NCBI GenBank assembly: GCA_043228905.1
Contig: JBHGNT010000018.1
Coordinates: 5,580,001 to 5,644,000 of the forward strand
Direction of reading: 5' to 3'
Origin: Azolla caroliniana
Taxonomy: Eukaryota > Plantae > Polypodiophyta
Length of the DNA: 64,000 nucleotides
Shown here: positions 26,223 to 36,701 of the stretch, piece after piece
How the letters are laid out: every line of letters begins with the position of its first letter
Position numbering within the stretch: the stretch's first letter is position 1
Program-made: the position numbers and the translations under genes
The notes under the pieces: model-generated
The model's input: only the letters and a program-made list of their open reading frames with translations
Databases searched by the model: none
Told to the model about the DNA's origin: nothing

Positions 26223-26569
26223 GTTCTATGATGAATTAGAAAACTATATTGGACCAAAGGAAGTCATAATTAGTGGTATAATAAGATGATATGTATAAAA
26301 TCAAGGGCATAGATTACTCAAGATATTGGAGGAGATTCAAAAGAACTATATAAATCCAAATGTTTAAGGAGTCATCCAAAACTAGGAGATTAGGTTTGAT
26401 TCTACTATAGCCAAAACATTTCCATGTATTGTTGCTTCCACTATAGCCAAAACATATAGAAAATCATTCTTCCAATTTTGTAAATTTCTTTCATGAATTC
26501 AATTTCAGAATTCTCAAGCTATGTTTCCTAAGGATTTGCATTTATTTATTTTGGTCTCACGACAAAGTA

Positions 26570-26993
26570 GTTGAACCAGCTACACCATTAGAAGGCAAGA
26601 AAGTGGGAAGGAGGCATAGGCAACACTGTAGTCCCCTTATCTGAGGATGATTCTAAAGGCTTTTCAGCATCAAAGGATGGATTGATTTTATATTGGGATA
26701 TTGAGACAAGAGGCAGTGATACGTACCTAGTAAGGTAAATTTTATTGAATTGATTTACTTTCATACAAGCATTTCCTAGACATAGAGGAGTTGTTTCATC
26801 CCTCGTCATCAAACAAGGAAGTCAACAACTTATGTCTGCCTCATTTGATAGGACAATTAAGTTATGGAGTGTAGAGGATAGGTCTTACATAGATACACTC
26901 TATGGTCATCAAAACGAAGTTTTATTGATTGATTGTCTGCGGCAGGAGCACGTTTTATCTGCAGGTAGGGATCACACTTTGCGGATCTGGAAG
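26570..26993 (+). pseudogene. RRP9: Fragment of U3 snoRNP WD40 protein U3-55K/RRP9
   Basis: SEDDSKGFSASKDGLILYWDIET and HRGVVSSL..SASFDRTIKLWSVEDRSYIDTLYGHQNEV..SAGRDHTLRIWK, followed by a GTAA donor. Internally deleted; no other exons recognised. Confidence 0.8.
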
Positions 26994-27581
26994 GTAAATC
27001 AGAATATCTTTTAGAATATTCTAGGAAAGGGATGAACTTTTTATCATTCAAATTTGTTCTAGCCCGAGGAGGTTTTTACCTTTTGAGGCAAGAGTATGGA
27101 TGTGATGACTTAAGACTGACTGGTTGTGCATCTTATTGCTTTCTTTTTAGGTTAATGTATGTTCAGTCATCATTGCATTTGGTGTGAGTATGTTTTATGC
27201 TAACTTGTGTGATCGTGATGTCACATTATGAAATTCAAATAAGAGAAAGACATTCCCAAAATTTGGAAACATAATAGATACGCTGACCATTTTAAGAATA
27301 TATGCACATACAAACATACATGCCTACTTACATATTTCTAATAGAATGCTCATAGGACGTCAATTTTTAAATGGGTTAAATTAAAGATGCTAAACTCAAA
27401 CATATGGGTAAATGTTAGAAACACATTGACAAATTTGGAAACAAAAAAGACTAATAAAAACAGAGAGAATGAGAAAATTGTAGCAAATACTTATGAATAC
27501 TGTAAAGATTGAGCACAATTTTGGAATCAATATTCACATCACTTGTCGTGGTTTAAGTTACAACAAGCAGAGACATATCTA

Positions 27582-30500
27582 TTTTTTTTTTTTTTTTTTT
27601 TTTTCCAAAAGAAAAACTTCTTCCATTAGTTATAAAATTTTACAAATGAGACGATTATGTACAAATCCCTGAAGGGACGCGATAGTTCCATCTTATGTGG
27701 ATGCCCACTAACTCAAGAAAGGGAGAGGACGACCATTGTTGGATGAAGGCTATTCGTTCTCTTTCAACTCCCTCGGAGCCACCCTTAAGGCCATCATATT
27801 GGCTCTTCAGAGTGGCTACAATTTCACTCCATATCTCTTGCAGTAAGCTTGTTGGATGCACGGTTTGGTTGGAGAAGACTCGCCTACATCGTTGTTTCCA
27901 TAGAATCCAAAGAGTGATTGGGTTGACCAATTTCAACACCTCTTGAGATTTGTCATTAAGAGGAGTGGAGTGGACATTGCCGCTAGAGGAGAAAAAGACC
28001 TCTTGTGCTTGTATCACCAAAGTCATCCCCTCCTCCTGATGCTCGTATCTGCCAATTGCGGCCTGCCATGATAGCCAACATATATTTCCTCACTTGATTG
28101 AGCCTTGAACCTAGCATAATTGCAACAAGCGACCAACCCCCCGCCATATTCGATGGGACGTTGGGCAGTCCCACATAGGGTGTCGTATTGATTCTACTGC
28201 ATGTGGACACTCTACACAATTAGGAGAGCTAAAGTTCCCACGTTGCCATGCTCCCACCGGTAGGGACTTATGTATTAATAGCCATTGGAACGTGGTAATT
28301 CGCCTCGTGTGTTGTTGTTTCCAAATTTTCTACCAAAACTTGGTGATTATTGTGGGAGAAACTTGAAATGTGTGCTAGACCTTCGCAACAGCCGGCTCTC
28401 GGGCGGTTTGAGCGGCTAGAATGTGGCGACCCAATCTAGTTGTGAATTTGGAGAAAGGGATGGGTTTGATTCCTTGCCCCGCATAGGGATCACGCCATGT
28501 CCATTGCAAAGGGTCCCATTTGACCTTATGTAGCCATGTGTTTTCATGAATACATATGTGCCAATTGGGTTGTACTTTGATCAGATCAGGATCTACAATC
28601 CATTTATGACCAGTATATGTGAGTACTCAAATTATGTTATTCTATGTTGGTGTCTCAGTGTCTCGCAATTCAGAGCCTTCAAGTCTAGCTGGTGGTCCCC
28701 TACCTCGCGGGAACAGAGATCCCTCCTCCTTGTAGCCTATCCATTTCTCCATTGCCTTCCTTTGAGTAGCAGATCCCCTAATAAGTAGAGTGTTAATGAT
28801 TTCCAATCTCATAGTCCATCCGCCCCTGATTCCATGGAGTATGTTCGCCTGATCTTGTAGTGGCAGTGACATAAACCGTCGCCAACATTCTATACTTTTT
28901 CCTGGACCTTCTGCAATGTATCCCCATGACAACCCCTTACGTGATCCCAGTAGTTGATTATATTCATCCTTGATACATGGGTTCCATAGGATATGTTGAC
29001 TGAGCTAGGCAAGTTCGGATCTCGGTTGATCACACTTGAGCCCTCGACGAATGTCACACCATGCCTTCCACATGGATGCACTGAATCTATCCTCCAATTG
29101 GCGGGAGAAACTAGGTTTGAGATCCATGTTTAGAATCCATCCCGTTTGGGGGGCCCAATTGACCCCTTTTCGTGGCCTAAAGTAAGCGAAACGTAACCTC
29201 AGTAGCATTTTCCAACAATCATTTCCTGATTGGAGTCCTCGCACCACAAATTTGGCAAGTAAGGCTTTTGATTGTGAAAGGGGATCGATAAGACCCAATC
29301 CCCCTCTCGACTTAGGCGTTGTGAGTATAGGCCATGCCACCTTGGTGCGAGCTACATAGTCTTCCTTACCGGACCAAATGTAATTGCGGACCAATCGTTG
29401 AATCTGATGTATACTTTCCTTGGAGATTGTCTAGCATGATAGACTGTACCATGTTGTTGCGAGTAGTACCTGATTTGCCACTATGATGCGACCCGCTAGC
29501 GACAGTTTTTTCGAGCTCCAATGTATCAACTTTTGTCGAATGGAGTGGATAACGGGTGCAATCATAGTCTCCGGTGGTATGTTGAAACCAATTTGGAAAC
29601 CCAAATATTTGGTGCTCGCTCCTTGATTGATCCATTTGAAAGTGGGATGTGGTTGCCACGCCGGATGTGTTTCCTGAGAGAGCCATATTGCGCAGGATTT
29701 GTGCCAATTGATCATGACGTTGGATCTCTTGCAAAATACAACTAGCCCACTTTCTAGCTTTTGGAGGTTTTCCGAGTTCCCTTGCAGGTAGACTGCTGTG
29801 TCATCTACAAATTCTATATCCAGGATGCTTTGGTGAGAATGAGGTATGGGAACTCCACGTAGGTTGAGATGTCGCGAGTTGAGAAAGCAAGAGAGTGATT
29901 CGGCGTATAACAGAAATAAGGACAGAGCTAGTGGGTATCCTTGTCGTACAGATCGGGATATTCGGAAAAAGGGGCCCCTTTCACCTGCCAATGAAACGCA
30001 ACTACTACCATTCCTATAAAGTCCTACAATGCCTTTGCTCCATGTCTCTTGAAAGCCGAGTTTCCCCATCACACTTTCTAGAAAGTTCCAGCATACCCTG
30101 TCATATGCTTTCTCAAAATCTAATAGCATCACCACGACCTTGTTGTTGGTTTGCTTGGCAAGGGCTATTACGTCCCAGAATGAGAAGAGGTTTTCTAGGA
30201 TGCTCCGATTTTTAACGAAACCTGTCTAGGATGGATGAATGAGTTGAGGGAGAAGTGGTGTTAAAAGCCCATTCTTTACTCGTTCTATGAATGGGCATTG
30301 AGTGTTCTGGAGAGGATTCTTTGGGACGACGGTACCTACAATCAGGTCCTAAGGTTACTTCATTCGTGTGCACTCTATAGATTTAACCAACCTGGCTGGA
30401 TGAATCGGCAACAGATAACTGTAACGGCGTGCCACGATTTTTGCGAGCAACTTATAGACAATATTGAGAAGATTATGGGCCGCCACTTGCTAATGTCGTT

Positions 30501-32095
30501 GGCATTCCCACCACTTTTAGGAATGAGATGTATCATCCCCTGTCCAAATTCCTCCGGCATGTTTCCAGAGGTGATGATCTCCTCATATGCCTGGAGTAGG
30601 TCTTCTTTAATAGTGTCCCAAAGACATGTGAAAAAGTGCGGGGTGGGGCCGTCGATTCCGGGGCAACTATCGGCATCTAAATCAGTGAGGGCCTCCCATA
30701 TCTCGATGATTGATAGGGGATGCACGAGCCATGTATTCATTTCCGGCATGACTTTCTCGAGTATTCTTTGGAGTATAATATCTTATCTTATGTCTTCCCC
30801 TTTATCTATAATGGCTTCGGTAAGTAGGCAGCGATAATAACTTGTGGCAATATTCCTCATTTCGTCGTCATCCTCAGTGGTTGAGGCTGCTCATCACAGT
30901 TCTAGCGTGCCTCGGGCCTTTGGAGCGGGAGAATTCCTTCGTGGTTTTGTCCCCTACTCGAATCCATCGCGCCATGCTTCCATGAAACTCCATGTCATAT
31001 ATTTCCTTTTCCACCATGCTAAGTTCATGTTTGGCCGTGGCGACTTGTCCTGCGATCCAAATACAGGACGGGTATCTCTGTTGGAGTCGTTGTAAGGCTA
31101 TTAGTCCCCCTTTTGTCCTCTGGCGCTTCTCCTGAGCATCCTTGCTTCTGGTCTTGACAATCTCATGTAGGAGAATAGAAGCTCTTGTTAATTTAGCCAG
31201 AAGTTTGTCAGATGTTGATGAGTCATTGACGGGTAATGACCATTGGTTGGATAGATGGTCCTTCATGTCTATAAGTGTGTAAATAGTGTGTGGGATGCGC
31301 GTCTGGAATGGGCCCCATTTTCGGTGCAATTGAAAATGACCAGCTACCGGGTAATGGTCAGAGAAAGTCGTGCCTGGCGTTATGCGACACCACCCTCCCT
31401 TCGCTTCTAGAGCCTCACCCACATAAATGCGGTCAATGTGAGATAGGGTGTCCACTATTCTGCCCATCTAATCGGGAGAATAGGAGAGAATCCCTTTTTC
31501 GTTGGAAGTTGTCAGAATGCCAGATGTCTCGTAGGTTAAGGTGGACACATAGCTTCTCCCATTGTTTACGTTCCCTTCCTTGTAGAACGATGGGGTTGTT
31601 GTTGGAGCTATCATGAATGGATTCGATCATATTAAAATCCCCTCCAATGCACCACTCTTCCACACCTGCTACTTGTAGGTGGATGCGGTCCCAAAATGTT
31701 GCTCTTTATGTTCTGCTATTTGGAGCATAAACATTCATGAAGTTCCATCGTTGCCCTTGGATGGCCAACGTGCAAAAATGTGCCCTACTAGGTATAAGTG
31801 TTTCCTGGTGTATTAAGCCTTGGGGTAGATGTTCCCGAATAAAAGTGCAAATACCACCATGATTTCCATCCTCCCCAATTGTTGGCTCCCAAATCGTTCG
31901 CCATGATCTTGGTAGAAGGTCTCCGACTTCCTTTAAATGCGTGCTATCAAGGTGGTGTTCTTGCAACATGATGATGTCAGCACCACTCCCTAGAAAATAT
32001 TCTTCAAGATCCCTTCTCAGTTTCCATCTGTTTTGTTGGTCTGGTCTACTTCTGAGCCTTTGCACGTTCCATGTTATAATCTTCATACTCATGGA
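27582..32095 (-). mobile_element. LINE (L1-type) ORF2: APE endonuclease, RT, zf-RVT; poly(A) tail; decayed
   Basis: MKIITWNVQ, IMLQEH, NVYAPN, GGDFN, IDRIY, SDHYPV, LDFEKAYDRV, SVRQG, EFVDD, KYLG; poly(T) at 27582-27604 on the + strand. Confidence 0.93.
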
Positions 32096-32329
32096 GTGGG
32101 GTGGAAGATTGCATGTTGTTACTAGTGCTTTGCACAACAGGTCATGAGTGGGAAGCACACACCATTTAGACATCCAGTCATTTCCAAGGATGGAATAATG
32201 GTCCACATCCATTTCAGCAATATTGCCTTATGGACAACAAGGAGTGTGGGTCAGTACACCGCTTGAATACAGAGCATGCCCACTCTCGATAGCAATGCCC
32301 CCCCCCCCCCCCAAAACCATTACTATCAT

Positions 32330-32396
32330 GGATGTAACGAGGACTTCTCGAGAGGTCACCCATCCCAGTATTGTTCTGGCTCAAGCACACTTAACT
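32330..32396 (-). other. 5S rRNA-derived segment, probably Cassandra-like TRIM LTR remnant
   Basis: Reverse complement AGTTAAGTGTGCTTGAGCC...TACTGGGATGGGTGACCTCTCGAGAAGTCCTCG matches the plant 5S internal control region (A/C boxes); the 5' third of 5S is absent. Confidence 0.8.
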
Positions 32397-32628
32397 AGCA
32401 ATGCTTGAAGCATCCAAACAACCACAAAACTCATTGCATGTGAGTTGCCAAGGTAGGTAGGAATGTGCTACACATTGATCCCCAGCAAGTGGTTGGCGGT
32501 CACCCACAAGTGGGTGGTATACTGACTGCAGACGTCACACCTAGGTCTATAGCGTGCTCAACGGTGCCACATGAGTTCAGGTGGTTAGCCCGTAACACCG
32601 TGGGTCCGGCTGCAACGCTTATGTGAGA

Positions 32629-32810
32629 ACCTCCGTAGAATATCTGGGTTCTTTTTAGCATTACTGCCTTACGGCCACTACACCTTTGTAGAATATCAAG
32701 GTTCTTTCTAGCATTACTGCCTTACGGCCACTACACCTCCGTAGAATATCAGGGTTCTTTTTACCATTACTGCCTTACGGCCACTACACCTCCGTAGAAT
32801 ATTAGGGTTC
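32629..32810. repeat. 53-bp tandem repeats x ~3.5
   Basis: ACCTCCGTAGAATATC...GCCTTACGGCCACTAC at 32629, 32682, 32735, 32788. Confidence 0.95.
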
Positions 32811-32941
32811 TCTCTCTTACTTTGTCTAATTTACACATGCATCTCTCTCCTCTTTCTACCCTCTTTCTCTCTCTTACTTTTCTCTCGTTTTCCCACCCTT
32901 GATCCTCATATATCTACGCACTCCCCTTGTGTCTACTCATT

Positions 32942-32985
<44 letters not shown>

Positions 32986-33283
32986 TCCGTTCTCATCATC
33001 TCACATATTTTCCCTATTTCCCCCTCAAGCTTAACTCCCCTTTTAATATTTCCCCTCTTTTTACATTTCATATCCTAACTCTCTCTTTTCTTCTTATCCC
33101 TCCTTAACATTATAACCTCTATTTCCTTATACCAAAACCTCCCCCGTGTCACATTAAAGCTCATAATATCCTTTTCCAAATGTTCCCCTTTTCAAATCAT
33201 ATCCATAAGCACACACCCCCACTCCCTATTGTCATTTCTCTAAACCCTCTCCTAAAACTCCTTATATAAACCTATCCACCCTA

Positions 33284-33342
33284 ATGGTCATTTTAGCATT
33301 GATGAGGCTCGTAGTGGGTGAAACTAGTTTGCTCATGACCAT
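33284..33342 (+). ncRNA. Degenerate type-I minimal hammerhead ribozyme motif (Penelope-like)
   Basis: ATGGTCAT-ttt-AGCA-(T)TGATGA-GGCTC-GTAGT-GGGT-GAAACTAGT-T-TGCT-c-ATGACCAT: bipartite stem I, both core boxes, palindromic stem III. Confidence 0.72.
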
Positions 33343-33397
33343 ATCCCCATGTAAGTTCTTTTCTAGTCTTAATGATACTTAGTAATAGCTTTCCTCT

Positions 33398-33446
<49 letters not shown>

Positions 33447-33581
33447 CATTTTAGTAACATTTGTTTTAGTCGTTTTAATTAATACTTAATGACTAGCCCT
33501 CTCTCCCTTTCTCATTATATTGTTAGATACTTGAGTTATATTTAAGTTTTAATCCCTATAGTAATTTAAGTTATCAAGGTT

Positions 33582-33642
<61 letters not shown>

Positions 33643-34311
33643 GCTCTCTAAACCGTGCACCGATGATACACCATTTGCACTCCTTGTTGACGATCATATC
33701 ATCAACAAAACTCATGATCTCGCTCTTTTGTTTTTCGTAGAGACATCTATTGCAAAGTGAATTCAAAATGAAAAATGATAATATGACTTTTGATGAAAAT
33801 TTATTGAAAATACCTCTATTTAGACTCACAGGTTGGGCTGGACAAGAAGAAGGAGAAGGAGAAGGAGAAGGAGAAGAAACTCAAGAGTTTGTTTCGAAGA
33901 AGTCGAAGAAGCAGAACAAGAAGGAGATATGTGTTTTTTGGAAGTTAGGTCAAAATCTACTTTCAAATTTTCTAAAATTGATAGAACTAACCTTTAAAAA
34001 ATGTGTTAAAAGAAAATATTTATAAAATTGTCACCCAAATCGTTAAGCCGTTTAAAACCGTTTAAACCAAAACCGTTAAACCGATGATGGGTCGAACTGA
34101 ACCGAAACGAACTATTGCCCCCCCTTGAACCAAACTATTTATGAAAATCAAAACCTGAACCAAACTTATCTGAACCATTAAACCATTAAGCCACGATTTC
34201 GTGGTTCGGTTCAGTTCAACTAATTGTTATTCACTACACCACCGAATCGGCTAACACTTAATCACAATTCAACACGAATATAGTAATTTACATGATGGCA
34301 CTGTATACTCA

Positions 34312-35105
34312 TGTTGAATGGAAAAGCTGAACATGGGTCAATCGGCTGAATAAACCGGAAGTCGGATCAGACATAGGTCGATTGGCTAGGCTCAAATCGA
34401 CTGAATAAGTCATAAGCCAAATCAGTTGCTAGGCCAAAACGCCTGGTCAAGTGTAATGGAATCCGAGAAGTCGTTAGGGAGCCTAGATTCCTATTTTAGT
34501 AAATAGGCCTATTATAGGATTATTAGTATAAGGCTCAGTTAATGAGCATTAAAGTACGTGTCAGTACTTTTGTCATTCCTTTTAAAGGACTTGTATAAAA
34601 AATGCTTTGTGAGCACATTTGTGCGTACGGATTCTCTTTGGTAATAGAATTTGTTTGTTTACTCACTTAGTTTCTCTCTCTCTCTCTCTCCTACTTTGTG
34701 TTTTTCGGTTTCCACCTGTTTTCTGTTGTCCGATCGAGCCAATTGTGTTTGCACAGAACATTTCCACACACGTAATCCCTTTACATGGTATTAGAGCGCA
34801 AGGGTTAGAAGAATCCTTCGTAGCCGACATGCGAACAAGCATAGAGACAAGCTTTCGTCTTCCGGGGAAGAAAAGACAGGAACATGGACAGAGGTATGGG
34901 AAGCTCAATTTCGACAGAAAAGCTTGATAGGAACAACTAGACATCTTGGTCATACAAGATGCACCAGTACTTTCTTGGGCACGGGTACTGGAGTTACGTT
35001 GAACGAGAGAATGATGCAACACCGAACGCAACAAATAGGGATTTTCCAGCCTGGGAGCAAGCAACAACCAGAATAATGTATTGCTTCATGTCTAGTGTCA
35101 GCGAT
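34312..35105 (+). mobile_element. Truncated Copia (family X/Z): LTR 34312-34785, PBS, gag start
   Basis: TGTTGA...TTTACA; PBS TGGTATTAGAGC at 34786; MHQYFLGHGYWSYVE. Confidence 0.88.
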
Positions 35106-35108
35106 AAG

Positions 35109-36701
35109 TGTTGTTGTATGCTAGATGAAGAATATGATAAGGACCTACAAGTAAGATGTACATCAAACCACACAAATGTGTGACAAGAAAGGAAACATAA
35201 GGTAGACACAGTTTCAAGCTTTAATGGAATTTCTTGCTATTCTCTCTCTATAACCCTTTTTCTCCAAGATCTTGTTTACAATGTTAGGTTATCTATGTAT
35301 ACAAGTCATTTGGGGTTATCTCCCTGTGACCCTAGATTTCAATTCTAATCTATAGTTAGAAGTATACATACAAGTCTGTCGGTATTCAGCCAAATTGGCA
35401 GAGGTGAAACTGAATGTCTAACCTGTGTTGTTAGGGTCGATTGGTTTGAGTCAGTTGGATTGACTCGTTCAGCTAGATTTACTTCCAAATTGGCTCGTTA
35501 GATCGGATTGACTTAAGTCTAAATCCGACTCTTGGTCCTTGGTCGATTGTCTGCTTCTTGCTTTCTTCTAATCTCCCTACAAGATCTTTGATCTATCATT
35601 GGCTTTGTTAGCTTGTTGATTGTCTTTGTTCCAATCGACCTCTCCGTTTAGTGCTGCATTTTCCGATTCTTTGGATTTTCGCCTTCGTGGTTTGTTCGAT
35701 CGGGTTGGTTTTTGACTTCCCTTCTGTTGTAGTTCGTTCAGCTTCTTTCTGTTTAGTCGCTTGTCGTAGTCCCATCATTGTCCTTAGCGTTCTGAAGCAT
35801 TGATCTAGGAGAGGTTTCGTCAGGCAATCGAAGATATTCACGTCGATGTCGATCTTCCGGACTTCGTGCTTCTTCTCCATTACGAGCTCCTAGGTATGAT
35901 GAAACGGAATCTCAATGTGTTTCCTCTTTGAGTGATAGACTAGATTTTGAATGAGGTGTATTGTGCTCTGTGAGTCGCAATAGATGGTCGATTCATTTTA
36001 TCGCCAAGAAGTTGGCTGACATTCGATGCAACCATATGGCTTCTTTTGCTGCCTCTGATGTTACTATGTACTCGGCCTCTATGGTAGACAAGGTCGTGCA
36101 CTCTTCGAGCTTCAACCTCCATGATATGGTACCATCGCCATAGGTGAAAAACTAGCCTAATGTCGACCTCCGATTATTTGTATTTCCGGCATAGTTGCAG
36201 TCGGTGTAGCCTTCAACTTCGACCGGATTTGCCGATCCGAAAGTTAGTTGTGCATCCTTTGTTCATCTCAGATATCTAAGAATGTGCTTGACAACCTCCC
36301 AATGCTTCCGTCCTGGGTTCGACATGTACCGACTGACGACCCCTATGGCATAGGCAAGGTTGGGTCGGGTCGTCATCATTGCGTTCATGATACTTCCTAT
36401 GGCCGATGCGTAGGGTATCTTTCTATTGAGCTTTCTCTCCTCATCTGTCGAAGGAGAGTCTCTATCCGATATTCTGATCACGTCAACAGCGGAGTCGATG
36501 TTGGCTTCAGTTCTCCATGTTGAAGTCCTTGAGCACCTTACGAATGTAGTCAAATTGGGAGAGTTAGAGAGTCTTTGTCGTCCGATTTCACTCGATCCTC
36601 ATGCCTAGTATGTGTGGGTTTGTCTGATTCCTTCATTGCAAATTTGTCGTGAAGGCTCCACTTTAGTTCTCTAATCTTTGCTCAATTGCTCATTACAGTG
36701 A
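35109..36701 (-). mobile_element. Copia 3' fragment (RT end, RNaseH, 3' LTR-like region)
   Basis: IPYASAIGSIM..TRPNLAYAIGVVSRYMSNPG, DCLTKPL; LTR-like segment at ~35109-35350 related to 51652-51882. Confidence 0.8.

Larger units (their letters stand above)
22792..34229 (-). mobile_element. hAT-superfamily DNA transposon (~11.4 kb) with nested and captured cargo
   Basis: TIR TAACAAT...ATTGTTA; candidate 8-bp TSD TTCACTAT/TTCACTAC; AAACCG-rich subterminal repeats at 22800-22995 and 34040-34215; internal hAT transposase remnant. Confidence 0.7.

Noticed and set aside
32215-32250. Possible further RRP9 exon (NIALWTTR after an AG)
   Set aside because: Match too short and diverges immediately.
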